From the human T2T-CHM13v2.0 reference genome, Homo sapiens, in NCBI RefSeq assembly GCF_009914755.1, contig NC_060947.1: DNA of 64,000 bases; one strand, written 5' to 3'. The position numbers and the translations under genes are program-made. This document shows positions 26,773-48,240 of this stretch, piece after piece. The notes under the pieces are model-generated. The model did no database searches, was not told the DNA's origin, and saw only the letters and a list, made by a program, of their open reading frames with translations. Numbering within the stretch: position 1 is the stretch's first letter; each line of letters begins with the position of its first letter.

Positions 26773-28454
26773 TTATATGCTAAAAGTCATGTTTGATAAT
26801 GGTATTACAAAAATGATCGATACTTGACCTTACTCTGAAGAAACTTATGGAGCCATCAAAGAGACATACATGTATAAACAACCATTTACTTTCATGAGGG
26901 ATAAGTGATAGTGAGATCTCCGTATTTCAATAACCTGATTAATATTAAGCCAGGCATATTAAAAATCATTTTTAGAAACTGATTTTCAGATGACCTTTTG
27001 TGAAATGAGAAAAAAATGCAGGATGTATGAACAAAAGGAGTTTTAACTACAAGAACAAAGGGAAAGAAACCATGAAAAGTTTAAAAATCTTCTAATTCTG
27101 AAGATGATTAGCCAAAGTAATTCTCCTTATGTTATTTTAGCATTAGGGGTATCCAATAATTTTGAATCTAGTAAGTGATTGATATTTGATTTGAAATCAA
27201 TGGAAAATTAATTGTAGGCATTTTTAAATTTCCCTACATAAGAATTAAGATGGATGTTAATGGATAAGTAGTCAATGGTATTTTCTCTCCAAGTATAGAT
27301 CACAAATATAGAGTCTTTACACATACACACAAACATACATGTGCCCACACACACACAGAATAGATGTTTTAAAAAAATTGCTTTCCATTTTCTCTCATAT
27401 TCTGTAATAGAGAAAAACAAACAAACAAAAACAAAAAAACAACAATAAAAAACTTCTCATTCTTCTTTCACTGTATGTGCCAGCTGGAGCTGTTTTGCAT
27501 CAACTCAAAGCTAGTGGGACTAAGTTCTCTTGGCCAGTGGACTAAAAATTGCTTTGCATTGTAGACTGTCTGGCAACTTTGTCGCCAGACACACTTTCTT
27601 AGGGGTCAGTGTGTTTGGGATTATGTATGGACAGTGACTTAATATAGTTTCTCTGCCTGAGATTTGTAAGGGCCAAGAACATTCCTACTAGACTCCTTAG
27701 CAGATTACTTTCAGATTTCTACTTTTTAGAGAAAGAGGTGAAAAAAATTGGCCGGAAAAAATATTTTGCAAATAATTCAAAGTAATCTTGATGAGATTAG
27801 GAAAATCTATCAGTAATCTATCCTCTAGACAAATATCAGAAGTGGCAGAGTGAAAGAATATTACAAAGTAGAAAAAATAAATACTGGAAAGAAATGGGTT
27901 TAATTAAATTTTAATGAGATTTTCTGAGAGTCATTGTTTTTATTGCACATTTTTGGTTTTGTGCTGTTTATTAGGATTCTGAATTTACCAGCTTTGCATA
28001 AAATAAATTAAGCTTGTGGGGGACATAATTTTACTTTTGTAGTCATTAATTTAAAAAAACTGAAGAACATGGCAGATTACCAATCAATATTGTAGTTATT
28101 TATTTTGTCCTAATAAAACTCCAGAAACATTTTAGCAAGCCTTTATAATACATGATGTGAATTGTTATATTTAGCAATAAATAGAATGTCATGTCTGTCA
28201 TACATTCGAAAGAATAATCACAAATAGTTTGGCAATATCCATTTATTAAAGATCCAATGTTTTCAATAACAGTTGTGTTATTTTCTAACTCTCAAAAAAA
28301 TCTAATTTGCATGGTGGCATTATATTTATTGGGTTCCAAAGAATTTATATATTTAGAATTTTTTTAATTTATGTATGCTTTATAGTAGAATGAATTTAGG
28401 GTTTTTTTGGTAAAATAATCATTTGTGAAAAATTCCCATTGAGTTTTTATTTAA

Positions 28455-31530
<3,076 letters not shown>

Positions 31531-33073
31531 CTGAAAAGTTACCCGAAAATGTGGAAGCAACTTTGAAACTGGGTAGCGGACAGAGGTTGTAACAGTTTGG
31601 AGGGCTGAGAATAAGGCAGGAAAATGTGGAAAAATTTGGAACTTCCTAGAGACCTGTTGAATGACTTTGCTCAAAATGCTGATAATGATATGGACAATGA
31701 AATCCAGGCTGTGGTGGTCTCAGATGGAGATGAGGAACTTGTTGGGAACTGGAGCAAAGATGTCTCTTGTTATGTTTTAGCAAAAAGACTGGCAGCATTT
31801 TGCTCCTGCCATAGAGATTTGTGGAACTTTAAACTTAGGAGACATTATTTAGGATATCTGGCAGAAGAAATTTCTAAGCAGCCAAGCATTCAAGAGGTGA
31901 CGTGGATGCATTCAAGGGGTATTCAGATTTAAAAAGAAAGTAGAGCATAAAAGTGCAGAAAATTTGCAGCCTGACAATGTAATAGAAAAGAAAATCCCAT
32001 TTTCTGAGGAGAAATTCTGGACAGCTGCAGAAATTTGCATCAGTAACGAAGAGCTGACTGTTAATCCCCAAGACAATGGGAAATATGTTTCCAGGGCATG
32101 TCAGAGGTCTTCATGGCTGTCCCTCCTATCACAGGCACCAGAGGCCTAATAGAAAAAGTGGTTTCATGGGCCAGACCCAGGCTCCCTATGTGCAGCCTAG
32201 GGACTTGGTGTCCTGCATCCCAGCTGTTCCAGCTGTGGCTGAAAAGGGCCAATGTAGAGCTGAGGTCATGGCTTCAGTGGGTGGAAGCCTCCAGCCTTGG
32301 CAGCTTCCACATGGTGTTGAGCCTGTGAGTGCATAGAACTCAAGAATTGGGGTTTGGAAACCTCCGCCTAGATTTCAGAGTATGTGTGGAAATGCCTAGA
32401 TGTCCAGGGAGAAGTTTGGTGCAGGGGTGGGGCTCTCATGGAGAACCTCTGCTAAGGCAATGCAGAAGAGGAATGTAGGATTGGAGGTCCCACACAGAGT
32501 CCCTACTGGGGCACCACCTAGTGGAGCTGTTAGAAGAGGGCCACCATCTTCCAGCCCCCAGAATGGTAGATCCACCAACAGCTTGCACAGTGTGCCTGAA
32601 AAAGCCACACACACTCAACACCAGCCCATGAAATCATCCGGGAGGGAGGCTGTGTCCTGTAAAGCCACAGGGGCAGAGCTGCCCAAGGCCATGGGAACCC
32701 ACCTCTTGCATGAGTGTGAACAGGATGTGAGACATGGAGTCAAAGATCATTTTTGAGCTTTAAGATTTGACTGCCCCATTGGATTTAGAACTTGCATGGA
32801 ACCTGTAGCCCCTTTGCTTTGGCCAATTTCTCCCATTTGGAACAGCTGTTATTTACCCAATACCTGTACCCCCATTGTATCTGGGAAGTAACTAACTTGC
32901 TTTTGATTTCACAAGCTCATAGGAGGAAGGGACTTGCCTTGTCTCAGATGAGACTTTGGACTGTGGACTTTTGAGTTAATGCTGAAATGAGTTAATACAT
33001 TGGGGGACTGTTGGGAAGGTATGATTGATTTTGAAATGTGAGGACAGGAGATTTGAGACGGTCTAGGATGGAA
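31531..33073 (+). mobile_element. THE1 internal region lacking its 5' LTR
   Basis: gaaaatgtggaagcaactttgaaactgggt; MaLR ORF relics 31624..31932 and 32400..32756. Confidence 0.9.
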
Positions 33074-33415
33074 TAATACGGTTTGGCTGTGTTCCCACCC
33101 AAACCTCATTTTGAGTTCCCATGTGTTGTGGGAGAGACCCAGTAGGAAGTAATTGAATCGTGGGGCAGGCCTTTCCCATGCTGTTCTCATGACAATGAAT
33201 AAGTCTCACAAGATCTGATGGTTTTAAAAGGGGAGTTTCCCTGCACACTCTCTTCTCTTGTCTGCCGCTAAGAGAAACTCTTCTCTTTCACCTTCTACCA
33301 TGATTGTGAGGCCTCCCCAGCCCCATGGAACTGTAAGTTCATTAAAGCTTTTTCTTTTGTAAATTGCCCAGTCTCAGGTATTTCTTCATCAGCAGCATGA
33401 AAACAGACTAATACA
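33074..33415 (+). mobile_element. THE1C-like 3' LTR
   Basis: taatacggtttggctgtgttcccacccaaa...aaacagactaataca. Confidence 0.9.
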
Positions 33416-36400
33416 ATACCAGAGTAAGGACTAGGAACCAAGTTTACTTACTATTAATTTATTGTTTTTATTCTTTTTCTTAATTGGCTTCCTGCAAAAT
33501 AAAATAAAAGAATTTTTTTTAAAAAACTAAATAAGATTAGTTAATATAATTCATGTGTATATAAGCTATACATTTTTTTCAGGGCTTTCAAATTACATAT
33601 ATGCACTATCATCACTCGTGTATTTATTTTTTTCTCTGTTAAACTTTATATATATTTAAAGTGGAAAAGCTACTCTATAGCAGGTTACCAAAATGATATC
33701 TCTTTAATTTCTTCAACTTCCAATTTTTCAGATGTGTGTGTGTATGTGTATGTGTGTGTATACATATCCTGTGCATAACAAAATCCAAGAATTAGATAGA
33801 GTTAATCTTTACCATCCAGGAATATACCAAAAAGTGTAACTGAAAGATACATGAAAAAAGCTAGAGGTAATTAAGTAAATTAAAATAAAAAGCACAATAG
33901 GGGGGAAAAAAAGGAAAATTTATTGCACATGGAGACCATTTTATTGATTCAAAGAATTGGTCACATTTTAAATTCGCACTTTTTCTGCTTGTCCTATTGA
34001 TACTATGAAATAAACTTGAAACATTCATTAGAATGTATTTCAACTTTTCAGCCACTTGTGTTGATTTTATGTATCCTATGCAATTTTTATTCAATCCTGA
34101 ATAAAAAGCCATGTTGTTGTTTAGATAACTGGAGACCAAAAAATAGTGGAAGAGTATTTAATTGCACATCATATAAAAGTAACAAAGGCAGATTTGGGAC
34201 AACTTTCACTTATTTGAGCTCCGAGTATGTTTAGTTTGCGTTTTTTAACAAAGTATGATTACAGAAAACGTCCTTAAAACACCTTTTGTTCATAATCTCA
34301 AAATCGATTAAACAATTTATGCACATATTAATATAGAATTCAAATACAAATAAAAGGGTATCTTAATTTTTCTTAAGCCAATGTGGTAACTTACCAATAA
34401 AAAAGGTGAAACAAACAAAATCCAGTGAACCTTGTGTTTCTGTTCAGGTTGCCAGCTTCCTAAAAGTGCTGTCTGCTTGGCAGAATATAGGAAGTGTTTG
34501 GGCACTGCAGAACTACAGAGTAATATTATTTCCTTACAGATAGATTAGCTAAATGACAATGATCTCACGCAGATGATTCAAATTGAGAAAAATACCTAAA
34601 ATTTGAAAACCAAGACATGCAGTGTCTTGTTTAATACATGTTGATAATAATGTCGCCTATTAGGAAAAAATTGCCCATATAGCTCCCCTGCTGTAATCTC
34701 TACATTCTTGTTGTTAGGATTTGCAATTAACCTTAATTAGATTACTTTGTTTTTTCATGTAGTTTTAAATTAATGTAGTAATTAGCAATATTTAATTTTG
34801 AGCTGTGTTGTCACCATTTGCAGATACACTTTTATCAAAACATGCAAAGCAGATACTATTCTAGTTGGTAATAGGTCATGCTGCCCTTGGAAAATTTTAC
34901 TTTTATTAGTCTTTCTGTTTCCTAATTGTTGGAGTGGTTCTAAAAAACCTTTTGTACTTGTAAATATCACTTGTACATATAAGGGGGCATTAATTGAAGG
35001 TTTCCCATTATGTTTTATTTTACTGGACACAATATTAATCAATCACTTAATTTCTTCATTATTAGCTGAAATTTAAGTGAGACTTTTTTTGATATGCAAG
35101 AGATACAAAAAGAGTTTTAGAAAAGACACTATCTCTGCCTAAAATACCAAAGTTGAGTTCCAACACATGATTGACTAAAGTGATGCAGATTCCTCTTCTG
35201 CTAGAAACACATACATAGACTATGATAGATGTATTTTACAAGATTTGTAGCTGAAATTAAAAGATAAAGAAATTCCCAAGTGCTAGAAACAAAAAAGGAA
35301 TTTAAAGCCAGAAAAGTAAATTAAGGCAAATACCACAGTGGTCCTGATGGATATTAAACAAATGGCAAAGGGCTTGGTTTTTAATATCTAGAAATAAAGC
35401 AAATGCATGGCTTTAGGACTGCCCAGTGTGGAATGTGGGTCCTGAGAATCTGAATTAAACCAGTACCTTTTATTTTAATTCAATCATTGAAAAAGGATTG
35501 GAAAATTCCTACTCCTAAGCAGCTCTTGGGTTCTCAGGTAGAAAAAAAACCAAAACAAAATCAAAAAACACATCTTATAAGAAACTGAAAGTGTAAGTCT
35601 GTCCTATGTGCAAGCTCCAAATTAATGCTACTCATTTAGTACAACAGTCAAGTTTAGACAGTAACGATGAAGAGAAAAACTGTCTCATGCAGGTAAAACC
35701 ACTGAAAATATAACAGGGGAAAAAATCTTCTCTAGGAAAACTATTATATACAGGTTGTTTATGGGGGAATAAAGAGGTTACTTTCACTGAAGAAAGCCTC
35801 AGTAAAAATGTCACGTGTCATCTGAGGATACAAATAATAAGGAAATAAATTCAGCAAAAGAAACAAACATGATAATTTGTTTTCCAGTTACAAGAAGTAA
35901 TAAAATAGTATGAAAGAGACCATAAAGTCAACATGTTTATAATGAATCATAAATAGAATACTTCAGACAAGAAAAAAATGCAAAGAAAAAAAGGATGCTA
36001 TGACAATGACAATTATTTAAACAGAAATTGTTTATTAACAATTAATTACACAGAAACCAAATACCTGTTCAAAAACAGAGATTCTCAGGTTTCATGTAAT
36101 TAAAAACAACAAAAATTATGGGCTCCTGGTTGTGTTTATGAAAGAGCAAAGTTTAAAGTAAAGGAATGAAAATGATATATTATAAAAACACTAAGCAAAC
36201 AAAAGTTGTTGTAGCTAAATTAATATAGACAAATTAAACTTTAGGTCAAAAAGTATTACAGAAATTAAGACACAGATGTCTTAGTAATGAAAGGATTTAT
36301 TGAAAAGGATGCTAAAAATTCTAAATGTTTATGTATCTCATAATTTATACTCAAAATACGTAAAGCAAAACTTGACACAACTGAAAAGAGAAAGAGGCAA

Positions 36401-36886
36401 ATTTACAATCCCAGTAGGAGGCTTTCACACACAGTAACTGATCAAAAGAAGCAGAACAAAAAATTATAAACAATATAGAAAACTTGAACTTAATTCCATA
36501 TAAAGAACTCTACATAAAACATATGCCATGTAGACATTTTCTTGAAGTATACATGGAACATTTACCAAAATATATCATACTTGGTGTTTAAAGTAACATT
36601 TAATATGTGTCAAAGAATTAAAGTCTTAGAGATTATTGTCTCTGACCACAGTGAAATAAATCTAGAAATCACTAATATAAAGAGAATTTTTAAGAATTAT
36701 CACTTTTTGAAAATTAAACAACACATATTTAAATAATCCATGGATCAAAAAACCAATCACAACATGAATTGAAACATATTTTCAGTGAATGCAAATTAAA
36801 ATAGGACATATCAAAACATGTGGAACACAGCTATAGAAGAATTATAGACAAATTTATAGCCTTAAGTTATGATATAAAAATTAAAA

Positions 36887-37035
36887 GCAGACATGGTGGC
36901 GTGTGCCTATAATTCCAGCTACCTAGAAGGCTGAGGCAAGAGGATTGCTTAACCTTAGGAGATCAAGCCAAAGTGTGCAACATAGTGAGACACCATCTCT
37001 AAATATAAAATAAAATAAAATAAAATAAAATAAAA
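36887..37035 (+). mobile_element. FLAM_A-like Alu monomer with a (TAAAA)n tail
   Basis: Single Alu arm followed by taaaa repeats. Confidence 0.75.
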
Positions 37036-38573
37036 GATTTCCAATAGATATTCTAAGCTTCCTTTCGAAGATCATGAAAAATTAAGAGGAAATTAAAATG
37101 CAATGAAGTAAAAAGAAGAAAATAATAAATTTAAAAGCAAAAATAAATAAAATAGAAAGTTAATATACACTAAAGAAAATTAGCAAAACCATTTGTTTTT
37201 TGAAAGTTTAAAAAGGATTAAACCTCTTCCAAGACTCACCAAAAAAGAGAAAAAAAATAAATTAGCAGTATCCAATTTTAAAAGAACATCATCAAAACTT
37301 TTATAGATATTTTTAAAAATGAATATTATGAACAGATTCTTGCTCATAAAACTGACAATTTTGAATAAATTCACAAATTCATAAACTTTTTGAAAATTCA
37401 CCTTAGAAGAACATGGAGAAATAGGAAAACCTGAATAGTCTTTTGCATATTAGATAATTAAATTTCTACAAATAAATTTCTTCTATAAAGAAAGATCTGC
37501 ACACAAATGACTTACTGGTGTCATCTTCCAAATATTTAACTTAAAAAATAACAAAATTTACCCAACTCTTCCAGAATGTAGAAAAATACAGAACATTTCC
37601 CACTTCAATTTATAAGGTCAGAATAACTTTGAGATAAATGTCTGATGAGGCCATAAAAAAATTACAGACAAATATCTCTCATCAATATAGATACAAAACG
37701 CCAAAGGCAAATATTGGTAAATCAAATCTATGATATAGAAAATGGATTTAATTACAACTACCATAATGCAGATTGATTTAATATTAGAAAATAAATTAAT
37801 ATGATTTACTACATTAGCAGAATAAATGATAAAAGCAATATGATTACCTCAACAGAAGTGGGAAGAGCATTTGAAAAATCCAAAATTTAGTTGTTATTTT
37901 TAAAAATCTCATAAAAGTGATTACAAAAGATCAATTTTTTTAAGTATCTAAAAAAGCCATTGGTAATATTTTATATGATTATGAAATATTGTATGGTCAT
38001 TCCCTGAATTCACAGACAAGACAAAGCTCTACACTACTACATGTTATTTTCAGCAATGAACTAACTGTAAGTCCTTTCAAGTGCAATGAGATGAAAAGTG
38101 TCACTTTTCTAGATGACATGATTCTATGTATAGAAAACCCAAAATAATCCACAATGTAACTAGTAGAATTAATAAGGAAATTTAGCCATGTTACACAATA
38201 TGAGGTGCATATATAAAAGTTCATTGTAACTATATTTTCAATAAACAATTAAAAATATTAAAAAATAATATACAATAGCATTAAAAATTTCAAATATCTA
38301 GGAATAAATATAAACAAATACATCTAATATATTTACATTGAAAACAATAAAACACTGCTGAGAGTCATTAAAGAGAACCTAAACCAATGGAGGAATATAG
38401 CAAATTCATGAGACAGTATTTCTACCACAACAATTCTTATTTTGAGTTATAGATTCAATGTAATATTAATTAAATCCCACAAAGTTTGTATGTTTGTGTG
38501 AGCATACATTGAAAATCTGATTCTAAAATCTATGTGAAAAAGAATAAAATGCAAGGAATTATACTAATGGGTA

Positions 38574-38897
38574 GAGTAGTGCTTCCTTATCTTCAGGGGA
38601 TATATTTTATGACACAAAATGGATGCCTGAAATGATGGCTAATATCAAGCCCTATGCATACTATTTTCTCCTATACATATATATCTATGATAACACTTAT
38701 TTTATAAATTAAGCATAATAAGACATTAATAAAATATAACTAATAATAAAATAGAACAATTATAAAAATGTACTGTAATAAAAGTTATGTGAATTTGTTC
38801 TTTCTTATTCTCTCTCTCTCTCTCAGTATTTTATTTTACTGAACCACAGGTAACTGAAATCATGAAAAGCAAAATTGTGGATAAGGAGAAACTACAG
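38574..38897. mobile_element. MER2 (TcMar-Tigger) DNA transposon
   Basis: Inverted ends gagtagtgcttccttatc / gataaggagaaactacag, TA on both flanks. Confidence 0.8.
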
Positions 38898-38900
38898 TAT

Positions 38901-39297
38901 TGTATTAGTTTGCTCAGGATGCCATAACTAAACACCACAGATTGGGTGGTTTATACAAAGGAAACATTATCTCAAAGTCTAAGATCAAGATGCTGGCAGG
39001 GCTAGTTTCTGATAAGGCCTTTCTTCCTGGCTTACACACAGCTGCCTTCTTACTGTGTTCTTACACTTTCTTTCCTCTGTGCATAAGTATATACAGAGAG
39101 ACAGAAACACAGAAAGCACACTCTCTGATGTCTCTTCCTTTCTTGTAAGAACACCAGTCCTATCAGATTAGGATTCTATGCTTAAGACCTCACTAAGCCT
39201 TAAATACCTCCTTAAAAACTCTACCTCCAAATAGAGTGAATTTAGGTTTAAGACTTCAATGTATGAATTGTGGGGGAAAACAATTCAGTCCATATTA
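38901..39297 (-). mobile_element. MLT1A-like MaLR LTR
   Basis: tgtattagtttgctcaggatgccataac...caattcagtccata. Confidence 0.8.
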
Positions 39298-39530
39298 GAT
39301 ATCAAGATATATAAAGTTCATAAATATAAGTGTTTTACTGGCAAAAGAAAGAAAAAAAAAGACAAGGAAGGAGAATAGAGTCCAGAATCAGATCCACAAA
39401 TATATAGACATCTTAGTTACAAGAAATAATTCATGAAATTAAGTAAAGGATAGTTGATCTTATTAATACATGGTGTCAAGTCAATTGGATGTTGATATTG
39501 TAAAATAAAAAAAAACTTATCCTTAACATC

Positions 39531-42238
<2,708 letters not shown>

Positions 42239-42570
42239 ACATCTATCATATGCAAAATTATTTTGAGATAGATAACTGGTTTACTTATGAAAGATAAAAC
42301 AATATAACTTCTAGAAAATTAAGAGAATATCTTTGCAAATGTAAAATATACAGACTTCTTAAATAGAGCCCAAAAGGCACTAACCATTAAAAACATATTA
42401 AATAGATGTCATTAAACTTAATTTCTTTATATCAAAGATACCATCAAACAGCAGAGTGGGAGAAGATATTTGTATTATATTTATGTGAGAAAAAATAGTA
42501 ATAAGAACATATTTTTAAAATACAACAAATAAGTAAGACAAAGGCAATCCAATTTTTAAAAAATGAACCA

Positions 42571-42799
42571 GTCAGCAGGTCGAAACCATCTGGCTAACAC
42601 GGTGAAACCCCATCTCTACTAAAAATACAAAAATTTAGCCAGGCATGGTGCTGAGTGCCTGTAGTCCCAGCTACTCAGGAGGCTGAGGCAGGAGAATGGC
42701 GTGAACCCAGGAGGCGGAGCTTGCAGTGAGCCGAGATAGCGCCACTGCACTCCAGCCTGGGCTTCAGAGTGAGACTCGGTCTCAAAAAAAAAAAAAAAA
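42571..42799 (+). mobile_element. 5'-truncated AluY
   Basis: Y-type ggctaacacggtg, gaatggcgtgaaccc, ggagcttgcag; TSD aaaaaatgaacca. Confidence 0.9.
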
Positions 42800-42945
42800 T
42801 GAACCAAACACTTAAATAACTTAAATAGGCACTTCAAAAAATATTTCCTAATGGCTATTAAATATGTGAATCTTACTTAATTTTTTATTCGTCAGAAAAA
42901 TACAAATTAAAACTACAATAAAATGCCACTATTCTTTCACTACAA

Positions 42946-43703
<758 letters not shown>

Positions 43704-43957
43704 TTATAATCACTTTTGAAAGCTATTAGCAGCATGTATTAAATATCAATATAAATATATGTTATCATACAAAAATTCCACATTACCTAACAGAAATTTT
43801 TATTTTTAGCTACTAAAATAATGTCCAAAAATATTAATGTAGGCTTTGTAAACAGCCAAAAAGTTTGAAAACAACCCAAACTTTCATCAACAGTGGAATG
43901 AATAAATACATTTTTATATATTTATACCGTGGGATGCAAGGCTGCAATAGAAAAACT

Positions 43958-44262
<305 letters not shown>

Positions 44263-44469
44263 AATAAACTATTATAAGCTACAGCATAAATGAATCTCAA
44301 CGATATAAACTTGAGTACAAGAAGCAAGACACTATAAGGTTAATACTGTATGATTCCATTTATTTGACGTTCAAGAATAAGCAAAACTGCTCTATTGTAC
44401 TAGAAGTCAGAATAGTAGTTCCTTTGAGAGGGTATCGACTGAGAGGTGACATGAGGGAGACTTCTGTTA

Positions 44470-45290
44470 TGGTGGAGTAAAATTCAGGTCACAGTACTCC
44501 AAAATGTGGCACCTTGGCATTTAAGGAAACGGCAAAAGTAGGAAAGTCATTGTCTCATTTCCTTTGCCTTTCTTTTCTCCCCTAAAGCAGCCCATAAAAG
44601 AACTATCTGACCTTTTTCTAAAGTAGGTCATAAGATCTTTATTTCCAACGGGTCCTACCTATACCCAGAGAAAAGGAATGGCACCCAAAGAAGTCAAGAA
44701 AAATACAACAGATAGGCCTTGCTAGGTTTTCATAACTTATTACCATTAGATCACACCCTTTGTCCTCCAATCATACTTCTGCATGACTGGTTATGAAAAT
44801 GCACAGTTTTCTGGGGCCGGGTGCTGGGACCCTCACCTGTAATCCCACGCTTGAGAGGTTGAGGTGGGAGAATCACTTGAGCCCAGAAGTTGGAGGCTGC
44901 AGTGAGCTATGATCATGTCACTGCACTCCAGCTTTGGTGAAAGAGTGAGACTCTGTTTCTAAGAAAACAACAACAATATGTGTGAGTGTGTGTGTATATA
45001 TATAGTGTGTGTGTGTGTGCATAAATATATATAAACACACATATTTGTATATATATATTTGTGTACAAATATGTGTGTATATATACAAGCACAGACACAC
45101 ACACACACATGCACACATACAAACATACACAGTTTTACCTGTTTGGGTCTTCATTTCTGTGTAACATAAAATTTATAACAAATACATTTGCATGCTTTTT
45201 TATTGTTAATCTCTCTTTTTTTATAGGGGCCTCAGCCATGAAACTTGCAATGGGTACGGAAAAGGAATATATTACTATTTCTTCCTTAGA
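44470..45290 (+). mobile_element. MER34/MER39-group LTR containing an Alu monomer (44815-44975) and a (TG/TA/CA) repeat
   Basis: ccaaaatgtggcaccttggcat start; cacagtttt on both sides of the monomer plus microsatellite. Confidence 0.65.
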
Positions 45291-45907
45291 GTGGAAATAG
45301 TCTTTATTTTAATACAGGTAGTGGTAATAGGATTATACACACATATAAAAATTAATTAATCAAGCTGTACTCTTAAGAATACCAAACTTTACATTGAAGT
45401 CAGAAAAGCAAGAGTAAACTTTAAAAATAAACAGTGATGTAAAGTCATTTGAGTGCTACCAAGGTAGTAGTAGAAAGCTGTCCAGAATAATCTCAGTGTT
45501 GAAGAAAAACCAAAAGAAAAAGCTTGGGATTTATGGCTAGTTTTCTTAAAGAGGCTGCTAAGCAGTCAAGAAAATGAACAGAATTTGACACTTATTCAGA
45601 TTTAAAGAAACAAAAGTCTCAGCTGAAGTTCGGCACCTACCAAGAAATAAAGGCCCTAAAAAACCCACCAGGATTTGAATTGCACTACTGAAATGTTATG
45701 TTCCAGATGTAAATGTAAACCCGAAATATTTAGTGTAACAATGTCTGATGTCTGGTTTCAAATTAGTTCCTGAAATTAGATAAAGATGATCTGGGATTAC
45801 TAGTATATTTAAACACTTGCCAGAAGAAAACATAAATACTGTCTGAATAATGATAAAATTATAAAGCCTAAAATTATTTTGACAATTTTTAATGTAGAAT
45901 CTTCAGC

Positions 45908-45988
45908 ATTCAATATAATAATTAGACATATAATATTCAATATAATAATTAGACACATAATATTCAATATAATAATTAGACACATAAA
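45908..45988. repeat. Tandem repeat, 27 bp x 3
   Basis: Unit attcaatataataattagacacataat. Confidence 0.9.
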
Positions 45989-46109
45989 AAATTAACAAGC
46001 AAAAGAAAATAATAATGGATTATGATAATAGAGAGACAATAGATAATAAAACTGATTTAAATGCAAAAAAGATATTTATGCGCATAATATGTAAACACAT
46101 ATATAAAGG

Positions 46110-48240
46110 TAAATATAATATATATTTCTTGATTGACTATATATACTATCATATGTAGTCAATATACTATATATAGAATATATATTTCTTGATTGACTAT
46201 ACTATAATATGTAGTCAATATAATATATATTATATATATAATATATACTATTATATTATTATATATTACAAATTATTATATATAATATATAATATATAAT
46301 ACATATTATATATTATATAGATTATACTATGTATATTATATATAATATAATATTATACTATTAGATATATATCATATTTAATATATAATATACAATAGTG
46401 TACTATTATATACTATATATTAAATATAATAATATATAATATATACTATTATATAGTATATATACTATATATATTATATGGTATATATACTATATATATA
46501 ATATATAGTATATATACCATATAATATATATAGTATATATACTATATAATGTTATATGGTGTATATATACTATATATTATATAGTATATATACACCATAT
46601 AACATTATATAGTATATATAATATATAATATATGATATATAATATATATAAAATATATAATATATGATATATATTATATAAAATATATAACATATGATAT
46701 ATATTATATAAAATATATAACATATGATATATATTATATATAAAATATATATAACATATGATATATATTATATATAAAATATATATAACATATGATATAT
46801 ATTATATATAAAATATATATAACATATGATATATATTATATATAAAATATATATAACATATGATATATATTATATATAAAATATATATAACATATGATAT
46901 ATATTATATATAAAATATATATAACATATGATATATATTATATATAAAATATATATAACATATGATATATATTAAATATAAAATATATATAACATATGAT
47001 ATATATTATATATAAAAAATATATAACATATGATATATTATATATAAAAATATATAACATATGATATATATTATATATAAAAAATATATAACATATGATA
47101 TATATTATAAATAAAATATATATAACATATGATATATATTATATATAAAATATATATAACATGATATATATAATTTATATATAAAATATATATAACATAT
47201 ATTATATATATAATTTATATATAAAATATATATCATATATGATATATATTATATATAAAATATATATGATATATGATATATATTATATATAAAATATATA
47301 TAATATATGATACATATTATATATAAAATATATAGTATATCATACTATGTAGTATATCATACTATGTAATATATACTATATAGTATATCATACTATATAG
47401 TATATACTATATAGTATAGTATAGTATATATACTATATATAGTATATAGTATATATAGTATATACTATATATAATATATATAGTATATAGTATATTATAT
47501 ATACTATATACTATAGTATATAGTATATTATATATACTATATACTATAGTATATAGTATATATTGTATAATATATAGTACATATAATATATAATATATTT
47601 TATAATATATATTATATAATATATTATATAGTATATATTATATAATATATAATATGTTATATACTATATTATATATTATATACTACATATTATATAGTAT
47701 ATAATATATAATATACATTATATATTATATATTATATAATATACAGTATATATTATATATAATGTATATAGTATATAGTATATAGTATATAGTATATAGT
47801 ATATATATTATATATAATGTATATAGTATATAGTATATATTATATACTATATATTATATATAATGTATACAGTATATACTATATATTATATATTATATAT
47901 TATATATAATGTATATAGTATGTATTATATTATATTATATACTATAGTATATATTATATAATATAATATATACTATAGTATATAGTATATAATATAATAT
48001 ATACTATAGTATATAGTATATAATATATAGTATATATAATATATTCTGTATATTCTATATAATATAGTATATATAATATGTACTATTATATATTATATAT
48101 ATATTATATATATATAATATATAATAGTATATAATATATAATATATACTATATATAATTTATACCATGTATATTTTATATATACATAATATGTATTATAT
48201 GTTATGTGTATATATACTATTATTATATGTATAGTCAATT
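46110..48240. repeat. 2.1 kb AT-rich low-complexity block with a 30-34 bp minisatellite (about 46650-47330) and perfect palindromes
   Basis: Unit catatgatatatattatatataaaatatatataa repeated; block is almost entirely A/T. Confidence 0.95.

Noticed and set aside
31624-32756. Cluster of overlapping ORFs
   Set aside because: Decayed THE1 internal ORF; no intact frame
45908-47330. CRISPR-like array
   Set aside because: Head-to-tail tandem units without unique spacers, eukaryotic context, no cas genes
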